This document shows, piece after piece, positions 43,745 through 53,951 of a stretch of 64,000 nucleotides of DNA. The notes under the pieces were generated by a model. The model saw only the letters and a list, made by a program, of their open reading frames with translations. It did not search any database and was not told the origin of the DNA. Every line of letters begins with the position of its first letter. Position 1 is the stretch's first letter. Location of the stretch: the NCBI GenBank assembly GCA_963804645.1, contig CAWDRG010000011.1, positions 64,001 to 128,000 of the forward strand. The letters run 5' to 3'. The translations under genes and the position numbers were made by a program. The DNA comes from an uncultured Bacillota bacterium (lineage in GTDB: Bacteria > Sysuimicrobiota > Sysuimicrobiia > Sysuimicrobiales > Segetimicrobiaceae).

Positions 43745-44826
43745 GCGGGCGTCCGCGGGTCGTCTTGTGCTGCAATGCGACCGTGCGGGAGGAGTATGCC
43801 ACCGGCGAGGGCGTGGCCCGGCTCGAGGCCCTCGCCGACTGGGACTGGATCCGCTCCGAGGGCGTGTGCACGCGGCCGGGTGTCTGGGGGGGACCGTCCG
43901 AGGACCCGGCGGACGCGCAGCGGCTCAAGGAGCGCATCGGGGAGTGCGACGCCCTGATCGTGTGCCACGGGTCGCCGATGATCGACGCCGCGATGCTCGA
44001 CGCGGCGCCCCGGCTGCGGTTCATCGGCGAGCTCGAGGGCGACCGCTTCGCAAACCGGATCGATGTCGAGGCGGCCGCCGCGCGCGGCGTGCGCGTCGTG
44101 GACACCACCCACGGCTCGTCGCTGCCGGTTGCCGAATGGGCCCTCGGGCTGATGCTGCTCGGCCTGCGCAACGCGGCCGAGCACTACCGCCGTCTCATCG
44201 GGGGCGAGGAGTACCGCCGCGCGCGCACCGACTCGGGCTTTCGCAAGGGGGAGCTGACCGGCAGCACGGTCGGCCTCATCGGGCTCGGGCACATCGGGCG
44301 CCGCCTGCTCGAGCTGCTCGCGCCGTTCCGCTGCCGCGTGCTGGTGCACGATCCGTACGTGCCGAAAGAGCTCGCGCTCGCCGTCGGGGCCCAGCTCACC
44401 TCACTCGATCATGTGATGGCCGACGCCGAGGTCGTCGTCTGCTGCGCGCCGCTCACACCCGGGACCCGGCGCATGATCGGCGCCCGCGAGCTCGACCTGC
44501 TCCGGCCGGACGCCGTCTTCGTCAACGTCTCGCGCGGTCCGATCGTCGACCCCGACGCCCTCATCGCCCGGGCGCGGCTCGGGGACATCCGGGTCGCCCT
44601 CGACGTCTTCGATCCGGAGCCGATTCCAGCGGGGAGCGCGATCCGGACGCTGCCGAACGTCTTCCTCAGCCCGCACATCGCCGGCGTGACGGCGGAGTGC
44701 CGGCCGCGCTTCTTCAGCTTTATGGTGGACGAACTGGAGCGCTTCTTCGCCGGCCACGAAACGATGTTCGATCTCACGCCGCGCGTGCTCGCGAACCGCC
44801 GCGGCGGCCCGTCCCCGTCGTCGTAG
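43741..44826 (+). CDS. D-isomer 2-hydroxyacid dehydrogenase family protein
   Basis: GLIGLGHIG, NVSRG, ALDVFDPEP, SPHIAG. Confidence 0.88.
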   Translation: MSGRPRVVLCCNATVREEYATGEGVARLEALADWDWIRSEGVCTRPGVWGGPSEDPADAQRLKERIGECDALIVCHGSPMIDAAMLDAAPRLRFIGELEGDRFANRIDVEAAAARGVRVVDTTHGSSLPVAEWALGLMLLGLRNAAEHYRRLIGGEEYRRARTDSGFRKGELTGSTVGLIGLGHIGRRLLELLAPFRCRVLVHDPYVPKELALAVGAQLTSLDHVMADAEVVVCCAPLTPGTRRMIGARELDLLRPDAVFVNVSRGPIVDPDALIARARLGDIRVALDVFDPEPIPAGSAIRTLPNVFLSPHIAGVTAECRPRFFSFMVDELERFFAGHETMFDLTPRVLANRRGGPSPSS

Positions 44827-44862
44827 CGGGCCGGGTCCGCGCCGCTCCCTCCTCGACCCGCG

Positions 44863-45693
44863 TCAGCCCTTCAGTCCGGTCATCGTCACGCCTTCCACGA
44901 AGAACCGCTGCCCGAACGCGTACAGGAGAAAGATCGGCAGCAGGGACAGCGCGACCGCGGCCATGAGGATGTGCAGCTCCGAGTTCATCTGTCCGGAGAG
45001 CTCGGCAATCACGAGGGTCACGGGCCGGAGCTCCTGCGACTGGATGACGATCAGCGGCCACAGGTACATGTTCCAGGCGGTCAGCGCGGTGATCACGCTG
45101 TACGCCGTCAGCGCCGGCTTGGACAGCGGCAGGTAGAGCTGCCAGTACACCCGGAACGGGCTCGCGCCGTCGACCGTCGCGGCGTCGGCGAGGTCCTCCG
45201 GAATCGTCAAGAAGAACTGGCGGAACAGGAACGTCCCGAACGCGCCGTTCGCGAGGATCGGTACGATCAGCCCCGGATAGGTGTCCTGCCAGTGGAGCCG
45301 CACCACGATCAGGAACGTCGGGATCATCGTGACGACGAAGGGGATCATCATCGTCCCGAGATATGTGAGAAACAGCAGGTCGCGGCCGGGGAACCGCAGC
45401 CGGGCGAACGCGAACCCCCCCATCGTAGTCACGAGGCCTTGGCCGACCACCACGGTCCCCGCGAAGATGGCCGAGTTCAGAAACGACCGCAGCGTCAGCC
45501 GGTCCAGCGCGTCGGGATAGTTGGACCACATGATCGGGTTGGGAATCCAGCGCGGCGGGTACAGGAACACCTGTGAGGCGGGTTTCAGCGACATCGACAG
45601 CATGTACAGGAGCGGGACGACCATGAGAAACGCACCGGCCACCAGCACCGCGTACAAGAGGCCCCTGCCCCCGCGCGCCCGCAGTGCTTCCAT
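44863..45693 (-). CDS. Carbohydrate ABC transporter permease (MalG-like)
   Basis: FLFRQFF..IPEDL.DAA.VDGA EAA loop; WNMYLWPL. Confidence 0.92.
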   Translation of the reverse strand: MEALRARGGRGLLYAVLVAGAFLMVVPLLYMLSMSLKPASQVFLYPPRWIPNPIMWSNYPDALDRLTLRSFLNSAIFAGTVVVGQGLVTTMGGFAFARLRFPGRDLLFLTYLGTMMIPFVVTMIPTFLIVVRLHWQDTYPGLIVPILANGAFGTFLFRQFFLTIPEDLADAATVDGASPFRVYWQLYLPLSKPALTAYSVITALTAWNMYLWPLIVIQSQELRPVTLVIAELSGQMNSELHILMAAVALSLLPIFLLYAFGQRFFVEGVTMTGLKG

Positions 45694-46613
45694 CAGTAGT
45701 GCACCCAATAGCGCTGCAGCGCCCACAGCCCGGCCGTGAAGCTCAGCACCACGACGAACAGCACGTAGGCCATCGCGGACGCGTACCCCATCTGGAAGTA
45801 CACAAACGCGGTGCGCCAGATATTGTACACCATGACGTTGGAACTCTCGAGCGGGCCGCCTTGGGTCATCACGCTCACCATGTCGAACGTCCCCAAGAGC
45901 AGGTTGATCGCGGTCACGATGAGGACGAAGAACGTCGTCGGCGTCACGAGCGGCCACACGATGTGCCGGAACACGGCCCAGGCACCGGCCCCGTCGATCC
46001 GCGCCGCCTCGTACAGCGTCCGGGGGACGCTTTGGAGCGCGGCCAGATAGAAGATCGTGTTGAGCGGCACGCGGTTCCAGATCGCGGTCAGGATCAGGGA
46101 CGGCATCACGAGCCGCTGATTGAACAGCCAATCCTGCGGCGACACCCCGAAGAGGCCGACCACCTCGTTGAACGCGCCGAACTGCTTCGCGAACGCCCAC
46201 TTGAAAATCGTCGCGGTCACCACCGCCGAGGTCACGAGCGGCAGGAAGTAGAGGCTCCGGAACCATCCCATCCCGCGCAGCGGCGCGTTCAGCAGCACGG
46301 CCAGCCCCAGCGGCAGCAGGACGGTGACCGGCAGCGTCCCGGCGACAAAATACGCCGAGTTACCCACCACTTTGGGCGTCAGGGGGTCGGTGAACAGAAA
46401 ATGCGAGTAGTTCCCGAGGCCGATGAACTTCGGCGGCTCGATCATGTTCCAGTTGAAGAAGCTGGCCCCCAACCCGAACAGGACGGGGAAAAACATGAAG
46501 CCCAGGCACAGCAGGAGGTTCGGCCCGAGGAACACCAGCGCCCACAGCCACTCGCGCCGCCGCCGCCCGGACGCGGGCCGTGCCCGTACCCGGACGACGG
46601 TTGCCTCTACCAT
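45693..46613 (-). CDS. Carbohydrate ABC transporter permease (MalF-like)
   Basis: FIGLGNY, YEAARIDGA EAA motif, GYASA. Confidence 0.92.
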   Translation of the reverse strand: MVEATVVRVRARPASGRRRREWLWALVFLGPNLLLCLGFMFFPVLFGLGASFFNWNMIEPPKFIGLGNYSHFLFTDPLTPKVVGNSAYFVAGTLPVTVLLPLGLAVLLNAPLRGMGWFRSLYFLPLVTSAVVTATIFKWAFAKQFGAFNEVVGLFGVSPQDWLFNQRLVMPSLILTAIWNRVPLNTIFYLAALQSVPRTLYEAARIDGAGAWAVFRHIVWPLVTPTTFFVLIVTAINLLLGTFDMVSVMTQGGPLESSNVMVYNIWRTAFVYFQMGYASAMAYVLFVVVLSFTAGLWALQRYWVHY

Positions 46614-46648
46614 GTCAGCCGCTCTCGTGGCCCGCGACCCTGCGATGG

Positions 46649-48061
46649 CTAGCTTGGTTTCAGGGTCTTCAGGACGTTGTTCAGCGCGGTGTTGATGCTT
46701 CCGGCCACCTGTTCCGGCGTCGCCTGGTTGAGCGTGATCGCCGTCAGCCCGTTGGTCACCGCCTCGCGGAACTCGCCGGTCGAATAGAACGGCAGCCGCG
46801 GCGGCGTGATCCCGTACTTGAACGAATCGACGAACACGGCGTTGTCGTACGGAGGACCCGGAAGATCCCGCCAGAACGGGCTGTTGTAATAGCGCTTCTC
46901 CGCCGGGACGGTGCCGTAGGACGCGGTCATGATCCGCATCCCCTGGTCGCCGTACATGAACTCCAAGAACGCCCACGCGGCGTCTGGGTTCTTGGCCTTG
47001 GTCGTGAGCGCGTAGCCGACGGTGCCCTCGCCGGTCACCCGGCGCACCCGCCCCTTCGGGAAGTGCATGACGTCGAAGTCGTCCTTGAGGTCGGCCCGCA
47101 GCGTCGTGCACCAGAGCCGCTGGAGGGGACAGATCGCCGCCCGGCCCGCCGCAAACACGGTGCCCGAGTTTGACATCGTCTGGAGGACCGTCAGCGGCGC
47201 CCACCACCCGGCCTTGATCGGATCGGTGAGCTTCCGGATCGCCTCGATCCCCTCGGGGGTGTCGATCTCGGAGTGGGACAGATCGCGCGACACGATGTTG
47301 CCGCCCTCGGAGACGATCATCGGCACGTACGTGTACCATTGGTCGACGGACATGGCGGCCCCATACACCGCGACGTTGTCCTTGTCGAACCCGGCCTCAT
47401 CGCCACGCCGGCCCTTGGTGTCGACGGTGAGACGTCGGCACATCGCCAGATACTCGTCCCACGTCCACTTGTTGGGCTCCTTCGAGGGATCGAAATGCGG
47501 CACCGTCACGCCGCCTTCTTTCGCCATCCGCAAGTTCACGTACGGGACGATGATGTCGCCTTCTTTCGGGAGCATGTGCAGCTGGCCGTCCACCATGCCG
47601 AGATTGAGGAAGGTGGGATCGAAGTCCAGGTACGGGAACCCCGTCTTCTTGGCGAACGGGATCATGTCGCGCGTGATGCCGGCCCGCTTGAACGGCGCCG
47701 CAAAGTTGTCGTTGGTCTGGACGATGTCCGGCAGCGTCCCGGCGACCAGGTAGGTCAGCAGCTTCTGGTCGTACGCCACGTTCGATTCGGCGGTGATCTT
47801 CACGGTGATGTTGGGATTGGACTCGGTAAACCGCGACCCCAGTGCCTGGTAAATCTTGACGTCGGCTGGGTTGGTTTGGGTCGTCAGGAACGTCACCTCG
47901 TACTTTTGACCCGCGGGCACCGGCGAACTGGACGCGGCGGCCAGCTTGGTCTGACCGCTGGCGGACCTCCTCGGCCACGTCGACAGCACGGCTCCTGCGG
48001 CACCCGCAAGACCGGCCTTCAGCACCTTTCTACGGCTCAACACGGAGCGCGATCGGCGCAT
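46649..48061 (-). CDS. Sugar ABC substrate-binding protein with Tat signal
   Basis: SRRKVLK twin-arginine signal; LPDIV, WTWDE, KNPDAAWAFL. Confidence 0.88.
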   Translation of the reverse strand: MRRSRSVLSRRKVLKAGLAGAAGAVLSTWPRRSASGQTKLAAASSSPVPAGQKYEVTFLTTQTNPADVKIYQALGSRFTESNPNITVKITAESNVAYDQKLLTYLVAGTLPDIVQTNDNFAAPFKRAGITRDMIPFAKKTGFPYLDFDPTFLNLGMVDGQLHMLPKEGDIIVPYVNLRMAKEGGVTVPHFDPSKEPNKWTWDEYLAMCRRLTVDTKGRRGDEAGFDKDNVAVYGAAMSVDQWYTYVPMIVSEGGNIVSRDLSHSEIDTPEGIEAIRKLTDPIKAGWWAPLTVLQTMSNSGTVFAAGRAAICPLQRLWCTTLRADLKDDFDVMHFPKGRVRRVTGEGTVGYALTTKAKNPDAAWAFLEFMYGDQGMRIMTASYGTVPAEKRYYNSPFWRDLPGPPYDNAVFVDSFKYGITPPRLPFYSTGEFREAVTNGLTAITLNQATPEQVAGSINTALNNVLKTLKPS

Positions 48062-48238
48062 ACCAGCCCTCCCATGGCGCGTCTAGGCACAGGGCGGCGG
48101 ATTCTTCAGTTCGGAAGGAACCTCCTGCACGCCCAACTGGGCACCCCTCCGGGCGGGGCCGCGGCGAGAGGTGCTGGAGGAGTGCGCAACGAGGGCAACG
48201 CATTCTCAGGTAGCCGTTCCACGACGCGGAGGAACCGG

Positions 48239-49543
48239 ATGGAGCAGATCGATCTGGCGATCGTCGGCTGCGGAGGCATGGGCACGCGGCACCTCTACGG
48301 GGTCACGGAGCACGGGGCGACCGCGGGCGCGCTGCGCAGCATCCCGGCGTTCCGGATCGCGGCGCTGTGCGACCCCAACGAGCGCAACGCGAACCTCTTG
48401 GCCGAAACCGCCGCGGCTGAACTGGGCACGCGGCCGCGCGTGTACCCGACCCTCGATGCACTGCTTGAGGGATCCCCGGAGGTGGCGGCCGTCGACATCA
48501 CGACCGAGCCGCACCTCCACCATCCGCTCGTCTGTCGGGCGCTCGACGCCGGCAAGCACGTCCTGGTCGAAAAGCCCCTCGCGCTCACCGTCACCGGCTG
48601 CAATCAGATGATCGACGCCGCCGCCCGCGCAGGACGCGTGCTGGCGGTGGCAGAGAACTACCGGCGCGACCCGCTGGTCCGGCTGACACGCGCCCTGCTC
48701 GACGCCGGTGCCGTCGGCGATCCGTGGATGCTGGTCGATGCCAGCGTCGGGAACGGGGGCCAGATCGTGATCACCCCGTGGAGACACCGCCGGGCCCGGG
48801 GCTGCACGCTGCTGGACGTGGGCGTCCACAACGTCGACCTGATGCTGTACTACTTTGGCCCGATCCAGCGCGTGTACGCGGAACTGGCCCAGTTCGACCG
48901 GGTGCGCCGCCGCGACACGGGCTCCGGGGGCGGCGACGGTGGCGACCGGGGCAGCATCCGCGCGATCTACGCCGCCACCAGCCCGGACATGCCGGCCGAG
49001 GTCACCCCGGACGTCGAGGACAGCGCCGTCGCCTCGCTGCGCTTCCACAACGGCGCCGTGGGAGACTGGATGCTCAGCCACGCCGGCCACGGGCAGAGCT
49101 GGCGCAAGAAGGCGCTGTACGGGAGCCGCGGGTCGATTGAGCCCGCGCCGCCGCGCAGCGGGCGCGGACCGAAGGTGTTCGTGGACGGCCGCCGCGAGGC
49201 GCTGCCGGACGAGGAGCTCCTCGCGATTGCGAAGGGGTTCGCGGTCGACGAGGGCACGGCCCACCTCTTCGGCGGCACCCGCCTGACCCAGTACACGTTC
49301 GAGTACGCCGCGATCGATCGCAAGATCACCGCGACGGTCCTCGGCGACTTCGCCCGCGCGATCGCCGCCGGGACCCCGCCGGAGGTGGGCGGCGCGGAAG
49401 CCCGCCACGGCGTCGCCGTGGTCAACGCGTTGTTTGAGTCGGCCGCGCTCCGCCGACCGGTCCTGGTGGCCGACGTCGAGCGCGGCGACCCCGCGGTGTC
49501 GTCGTGGCAGCGCGATCTGGATCGCGAACTGGGCCGGGCGTAG
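48239..49543 (+). CDS. Gfo/Idh/MocA family oxidoreductase
   Basis: VGCGGMG, HVLVEKPLA, AENYR, DVGVH. Confidence 0.9.
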   Translation: MEQIDLAIVGCGGMGTRHLYGVTEHGATAGALRSIPAFRIAALCDPNERNANLLAETAAAELGTRPRVYPTLDALLEGSPEVAAVDITTEPHLHHPLVCRALDAGKHVLVEKPLALTVTGCNQMIDAAARAGRVLAVAENYRRDPLVRLTRALLDAGAVGDPWMLVDASVGNGGQIVITPWRHRRARGCTLLDVGVHNVDLMLYYFGPIQRVYAELAQFDRVRRRDTGSGGGDGGDRGSIRAIYAATSPDMPAEVTPDVEDSAVASLRFHNGAVGDWMLSHAGHGQSWRKKALYGSRGSIEPAPPRSGRGPKVFVDGRREALPDEELLAIAKGFAVDEGTAHLFGGTRLTQYTFEYAAIDRKITATVLGDFARAIAAGTPPEVGGAEARHGVAVVNALFESAALRRPVLVADVERGDPAVSSWQRDLDRELGRA

Positions 49544-49546
49544 GCG

Positions 49547-50419
49547 ATGACCCCGCCGGTGATGCGTCTCGGCTTCAGCGCCTGGGCGATGCAGGAGCGG
49601 CCCGTGGCCGAGCAGATCGAGATCGTCCGGACGACGGGGTACGCGAGCATCACGCTCGTCTCGGGTGCCGACCTGGGGCTCGACGCACTGACCGCGAATG
49701 CGGGGGAGCGGCGCCGCATCCGCGAGCGCCTCGACCGCGCGGCGCTCGAACTGTCGGCGATTACCGGCCACGCGGACCCGCTCGCGGCGGAGCCGGCACG
49801 CCGGGAGGCCAGCCGGACACGCATCCGCGCGACGATCGATCTCGCCGCGGACCTCGCCGGCCCTGGCGGCCCGCCCTGCGTCGTCACCATGGGGCGCGGC
49901 ACACCGGAGCAGTACGCGCAGGAGCGGGGCGCCCTGGCGGACGCGTTCGGGGAGCTGGCGGCCCACGCGCGCACCCGCGGCGTGGTGGTCGCGCTCGAGC
50001 CGCACGTCGGGCAGATGATCGACCGGCCCGAGCGGGTCGCCTGGCTCGTGGAGGCGGTCAGCTCCCCGCATTTTCGCTTGAACTTCGACAACAGTCACTT
50101 CGAAGTGATGGGATACGACCTGGCCGACTATCTCCCGCAGCTCCTGCCCTACGCCGTGCACACGGAACTGAAGGACCAGCGCGGCCGCTTTCCGGCACAC
50201 GAGTTTCTCGTCCCGGGCGAGGGCGAATTTGACTACGCCCGGTACCTCGGCGCGATGGAGCGCGCGGGCTATCGGGGCTGCATCACGGTGGAGATCAGCA
50301 AGATGGTCCAGCGCCGGCCGGGCTACGACCCGCGCGAGGTGGCGGCGCGCTCGTTCCGGACGCTGACCGACGCCGCGGCCCGCGCCGGAGTCTCCCTGAT
50401 CACAGGCCAGGCGGCGTGA
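49547..50419 (+). CDS. Sugar phosphate isomerase/epimerase (xylose isomerase-like TIM barrel)
   Basis: ALEPH, FDNSH, HTELKD, PGEG, GYRGCITVE. Confidence 0.88.
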   Translation: MTPPVMRLGFSAWAMQERPVAEQIEIVRTTGYASITLVSGADLGLDALTANAGERRRIRERLDRAALELSAITGHADPLAAEPARREASRTRIRATIDLAADLAGPGGPPCVVTMGRGTPEQYAQERGALADAFGELAAHARTRGVVVALEPHVGQMIDRPERVAWLVEAVSSPHFRLNFDNSHFEVMGYDLADYLPQLLPYAVHTELKDQRGRFPAHEFLVPGEGEFDYARYLGAMERAGYRGCITVEISKMVQRRPGYDPREVAARSFRTLTDAAARAGVSLITGQAA

Positions 50420-50482
50420 GCCGCGCCGCCCCGCCCGGCACCGACGGCGTCGCGCCCGGTCTGCAGTGCGCCCGCGGCCGAG

Positions 50483-51328
50483 CTAGGTGACCACGCCCGA
50501 CCGCGCGCGCGGATCGAGCACCTCCCGCGCCCCGTCCCCGACAAGATTTGCCGCCAGCACCGTCAGCATGATCGCCAGGCCGGGAAACGTCGCGAGCCAC
50601 CACGCGGTCGCGAGGTAGTCGCGTCCCTCGCTCAGCATCCCGCCCCAACTGGGCGCCGGGGGCTGCACGCCGAGCCCGAGAAAGCTCAGCGCCGCCTCGA
50701 AGATGATCATCAGCCCAACCTCCAGCGTGGCCACGACGATGATCGGGGAGAGCACGTTCGGCAGGAGATGCCGGACGAGGATCCGGCCGTCGCTCGCGCC
50801 GAGCGCGCGCTCAGCGTGGACGAACTCCTGCTCCCGCACCGCGAGCGTCTGCGCGTACGTCACGCGGGCGTAGCGCGGCCACCGGGTGCACCCGAGGACC
50901 AAGATCAAGTTGGTGAAGCTCGGGCCGAGGACAGCGACGGTCGCGATCGCCAGCAGCAGAAACGGCACCGACAGGATCACGTCGGCGAGACGCATCAGCA
51001 CCGCATCCACCACGCCCCGATAGTACGCGCTCAGCACGCCGGCGAGCACGCCGGTGAGCCCGGCCATCCCGACGGCGACGAACGCGACCGTGAGCGACAC
51101 GCGCGCCCCGTAGATGATGCGGGAGAGTACGTCGCGGCCGAGCGAGTCCGTGCCGAGCAGAAAGGTGGCGCCGTGGGCGGCGGTCCCCGGCGGCATCAAA
51201 CGCCGCAGCAGGTCCTGGTGGAGGGGATCGTGCGGCGCAAGGAGCGGCGCGGCGATCGCGCTCAGGCCGACCGCCGCCAACAGGAGGGCCCCGCCGAGGC
51301 CCTGGACGCGCAGCGGACGCCGCGGCAT
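50483..51328 (-). CDS. Peptide/nickel ABC permease (DppC-like)
   Basis: LGTDSLGRD, GARVSL, EAALSFLGLG, PSWGGML. Confidence 0.92.
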   Translation of the reverse strand: MPRRPLRVQGLGGALLLAAVGLSAIAAPLLAPHDPLHQDLLRRLMPPGTAAHGATFLLGTDSLGRDVLSRIIYGARVSLTVAFVAVGMAGLTGVLAGVLSAYYRGVVDAVLMRLADVILSVPFLLLAIATVAVLGPSFTNLILVLGCTRWPRYARVTYAQTLAVREQEFVHAERALGASDGRILVRHLLPNVLSPIIVVATLEVGLMIIFEAALSFLGLGVQPPAPSWGGMLSEGRDYLATAWWLATFPGLAIMLTVLAANLVGDGAREVLDPRARSGVVT

Positions 51329-51335
51329 CGGCCCC

Positions 51336-52253
51336 TTACCCCAACTGGATCCGGGGATCGGCGACACTGTACAGTACGTCCGCGAGAAGGCTCGCGAGGA
51401 CGAACACGACGGAACCGACCAGGACCGCGGCCTGGACGAGCGTGTAGTCGCGTGCCGCGATCGCGTCGAGCAGGAGCCGCCCGAGCCCCGGCCACGCGAA
51501 GACGCTCTCCGTGATCACCGCCCCGCCGAGCAGGTTGGCCACCTCGATGGCGACCACCGTGATCACGGGGATCGCGGCGTTGCGGAGGAGGTGCCGCACG
51601 GTGACCCGGCCGCGCGAGGCGCCCTTCGCGCGCGCGGTGCGCACGTAGTCCTTCGTCGTTTCCTCGAGCACCGCCGCCCGGACCATGCGCGCAAACGTGG
51701 CGGCCGGCAGCGCCGCGAGCGTCACCGCCGGCAGCACGAGGTGCGACCAGCCGCCGGTGCCCGAGGGGGGCAGCCAGCGGAACTGGACCGCGAACAGCAT
51801 GATGAGGAGGAGCCCGAGCCAGAAGGCCGGCATCGCCTGGCCGAGCAGGGTCATCGCCAGCACGGCCCGGTCGAAACCGCCGCCGCGCGCGAGCGCCGCC
51901 GGAATCCCAATGCCGAGCCCGACCGCCAGCGCGACCACGAGCGCGGTGCCCGCGAGTTCGGCCGTCGCGGGGAACCGCTGCGCGATGACCGTCATCGCGG
52001 GCTCATCCTGCCAGAGCGAGTCTCCGAGATCCCCGTGCGCCAGGTGCCACACGAACGCGCCGTACTGGACCGGCAGCGGGCGGTCGAACCCGAGCTGGTG
52101 GCGGAGGCGCACGATCGCGGACAGGGGCGCGCCCTGGGGCACCATCAGCAGCGTGGGATCCCCGGACAGATGCAGCACCACGAACACCAGGCTCGCGACG
52201 CCCCACACCACGAGCACCGCCTGCGCGAGGCGCAGCAGCAGAAAACGCAGCAT
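51336..52253 (-). CDS. Peptide/nickel ABC permease (DppB-like)
   Basis: GDLGDS, DYVRTARAKG, HLLRNA, ESVFAWPGLG. Confidence 0.92.
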   Translation of the reverse strand: MLRFLLLRLAQAVLVVWGVASLVFVVLHLSGDPTLLMVPQGAPLSAIVRLRHQLGFDRPLPVQYGAFVWHLAHGDLGDSLWQDEPAMTVIAQRFPATAELAGTALVVALAVGLGIGIPAALARGGGFDRAVLAMTLLGQAMPAFWLGLLLIMLFAVQFRWLPPSGTGGWSHLVLPAVTLAALPAATFARMVRAAVLEETTKDYVRTARAKGASRGRVTVRHLLRNAAIPVITVVAIEVANLLGGAVITESVFAWPGLGRLLLDAIAARDYTLVQAAVLVGSVVFVLASLLADVLYSVADPRIQLG

Positions 52254-52275
52254 GGACCCCGCTACGCGGGCCGGG

Positions 52276-53802
52276 TCACTTGGCCAGATGCATGTCGAAG
52301 ATGAACATCTGCTCGTCCGGCGTCGGCTTCCACACGAGATCCTTGCGCGCCCCGTAGAGGTCGTACACCTGCCACAGGGCGACCGCCGGCACGTCGGTCT
52401 GAACGATCATCTGCGCCTCGGCGTACAGCTTCGTGCGCGCCTTCGCATCGAGCGTGACCCGCGCGTCGTCCACCGCCGTGTCGAACGCCGGGTTCGAGTA
52501 GCTGGCCCAGATCGACCCGGTGTGGAACAGCGGATACAGCACCCCGTCGGCGTCGAGGCAGGCGCACGACCACTGCCCGAAGCGGATGTCGCCCCAGTCG
52601 TGCTGCGGTCCCTGGATCCGGCGCAGGTAGGTGGCGAAGTCGTAACTCTGGAGCTTGGCGTTGATCCCCGACTCGGACAGCTCGCCCTGGATCGCCTGGA
52701 CGATGCGCTGGTCGTACTGCGGCGACGTCGTGAACGTCAGCGTGACACCCGAGGGGTAACCCGCCTCGGCGAGCAGCGCCTTCGCTTTGGCGGGATCGTA
52801 CGCGAATCCGGGAAGGTTCGGATCGTAGCCGAGGTGCTGCGGGGTCAGCAGGCCGTTCAGCTTCCGCGCCTGGCCGGCCAGCAGGGCCGTGATCAACTCG
52901 CGATCGTTGAGCGCATACGCGATCGCCTGCCGGACCTCCCGCTTCTGCGTCGGGCCGCCGCCGAGCGCGTTGAACGCGAGGTAGGCGACCCGCTCGGTCG
53001 GGCCGCTCAGCACCGCGAGCGCCGCGTTGCTTTTGATCTGCGCCACGCTGTCCGGGGTCAGTCCGACGATGAGGTCGGAGGTCCCCGCCTCGAGATCTGC
53101 GATCCGGGTCGCGGGCTCAGGGACCGAGTGGAACCGGACCGTGTCGAAGAACGGCTTGCCCCGCCAGTACGACGGATTCGCACGCAGCGTGATGAGGTCG
53201 CCCTTGGCCCAACTCACGAAGACGTACGGCCCGCTACCGAGGGGCTGGAGGTTGAACGCCGCGTTTCCCTTCTCCTTCACATAGGTCGCCGGCACGATGC
53301 TCAGGTTGACGAGCTGCGCGAGCAGCGCCGGGTAGGGTTTCGCGGTGATGATCTGGACAGTCAGCGGCGCGGTCGCCCGGACCTCCTGGATCGCGCTGTA
53401 GTTCCCGTACTGCGGACTCTTGAAGTTCTGGTCGAGGATGCGGTCGAGGCTCGCCTTCACGTCCGCCGACGTCAGCGGGTCGCCGTTCTGGAACTTGATC
53501 CCCGGCTGCACCGTGAACTCCCACGTCGTCGGCGTGATCGCTCTCCAGCTCTTCGCCACGCGCCCCGTAATCTGGCCGGTGGCCGGGTCGCGGGACAGCA
53601 GCGTGTCGAAGATGTTCCGGTACACATCGTAGCTGTTCGGGTCATACTGCAGTCCCGGATCGAGCGTCGCGGCGTCGTTCCCCTGGTCGATCGTGATCTG
53701 ACCGGGGACCGCACCCACCGCGGATCCGCCCGAGACGACGAGCCCGCCGAGCAGCGCGGCGAGCGCGACTGCCGAAGCGGCGTGCGCTGTGAGCGAACGC
53801 AT
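52276..53802 (-). CDS. Family 5 ABC substrate-binding protein (DppA-like)
   Basis: Signal peptide; TLDP, KFQNG..DV, GSGPY, VRQAIAYA, AKALLAEAGY. Confidence 0.92.
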   Translation of the reverse strand: MRSLTAHAASAVALAALLGGLVVSGGSAVGAVPGQITIDQGNDAATLDPGLQYDPNSYDVYRNIFDTLLSRDPATGQITGRVAKSWRAITPTTWEFTVQPGIKFQNGDPLTSADVKASLDRILDQNFKSPQYGNYSAIQEVRATAPLTVQIITAKPYPALLAQLVNLSIVPATYVKEKGNAAFNLQPLGSGPYVFVSWAKGDLITLRANPSYWRGKPFFDTVRFHSVPEPATRIADLEAGTSDLIVGLTPDSVAQIKSNAALAVLSGPTERVAYLAFNALGGGPTQKREVRQAIAYALNDRELITALLAGQARKLNGLLTPQHLGYDPNLPGFAYDPAKAKALLAEAGYPSGVTLTFTTSPQYDQRIVQAIQGELSESGINAKLQSYDFATYLRRIQGPQHDWGDIRFGQWSCACLDADGVLYPLFHTGSIWASYSNPAFDTAVDDARVTLDAKARTKLYAEAQMIVQTDVPAVALWQVYDLYGARKDLVWKPTPDEQMFIFDMHLAK

Positions 53803-53951
53803 TCATTCCCTCCAGGGTCTGGCATGGTCGCCTGCGAGACGCGTGACGCGGCCTCAACAGCCGCCGCGACCGGTGGCGGAGTATTTGTCGCCACCGTCGC
53901 GAAACTCCTGTCCGCCAGCGCGAGCGCACCAGGGACGCCGGCACGGCGCCA

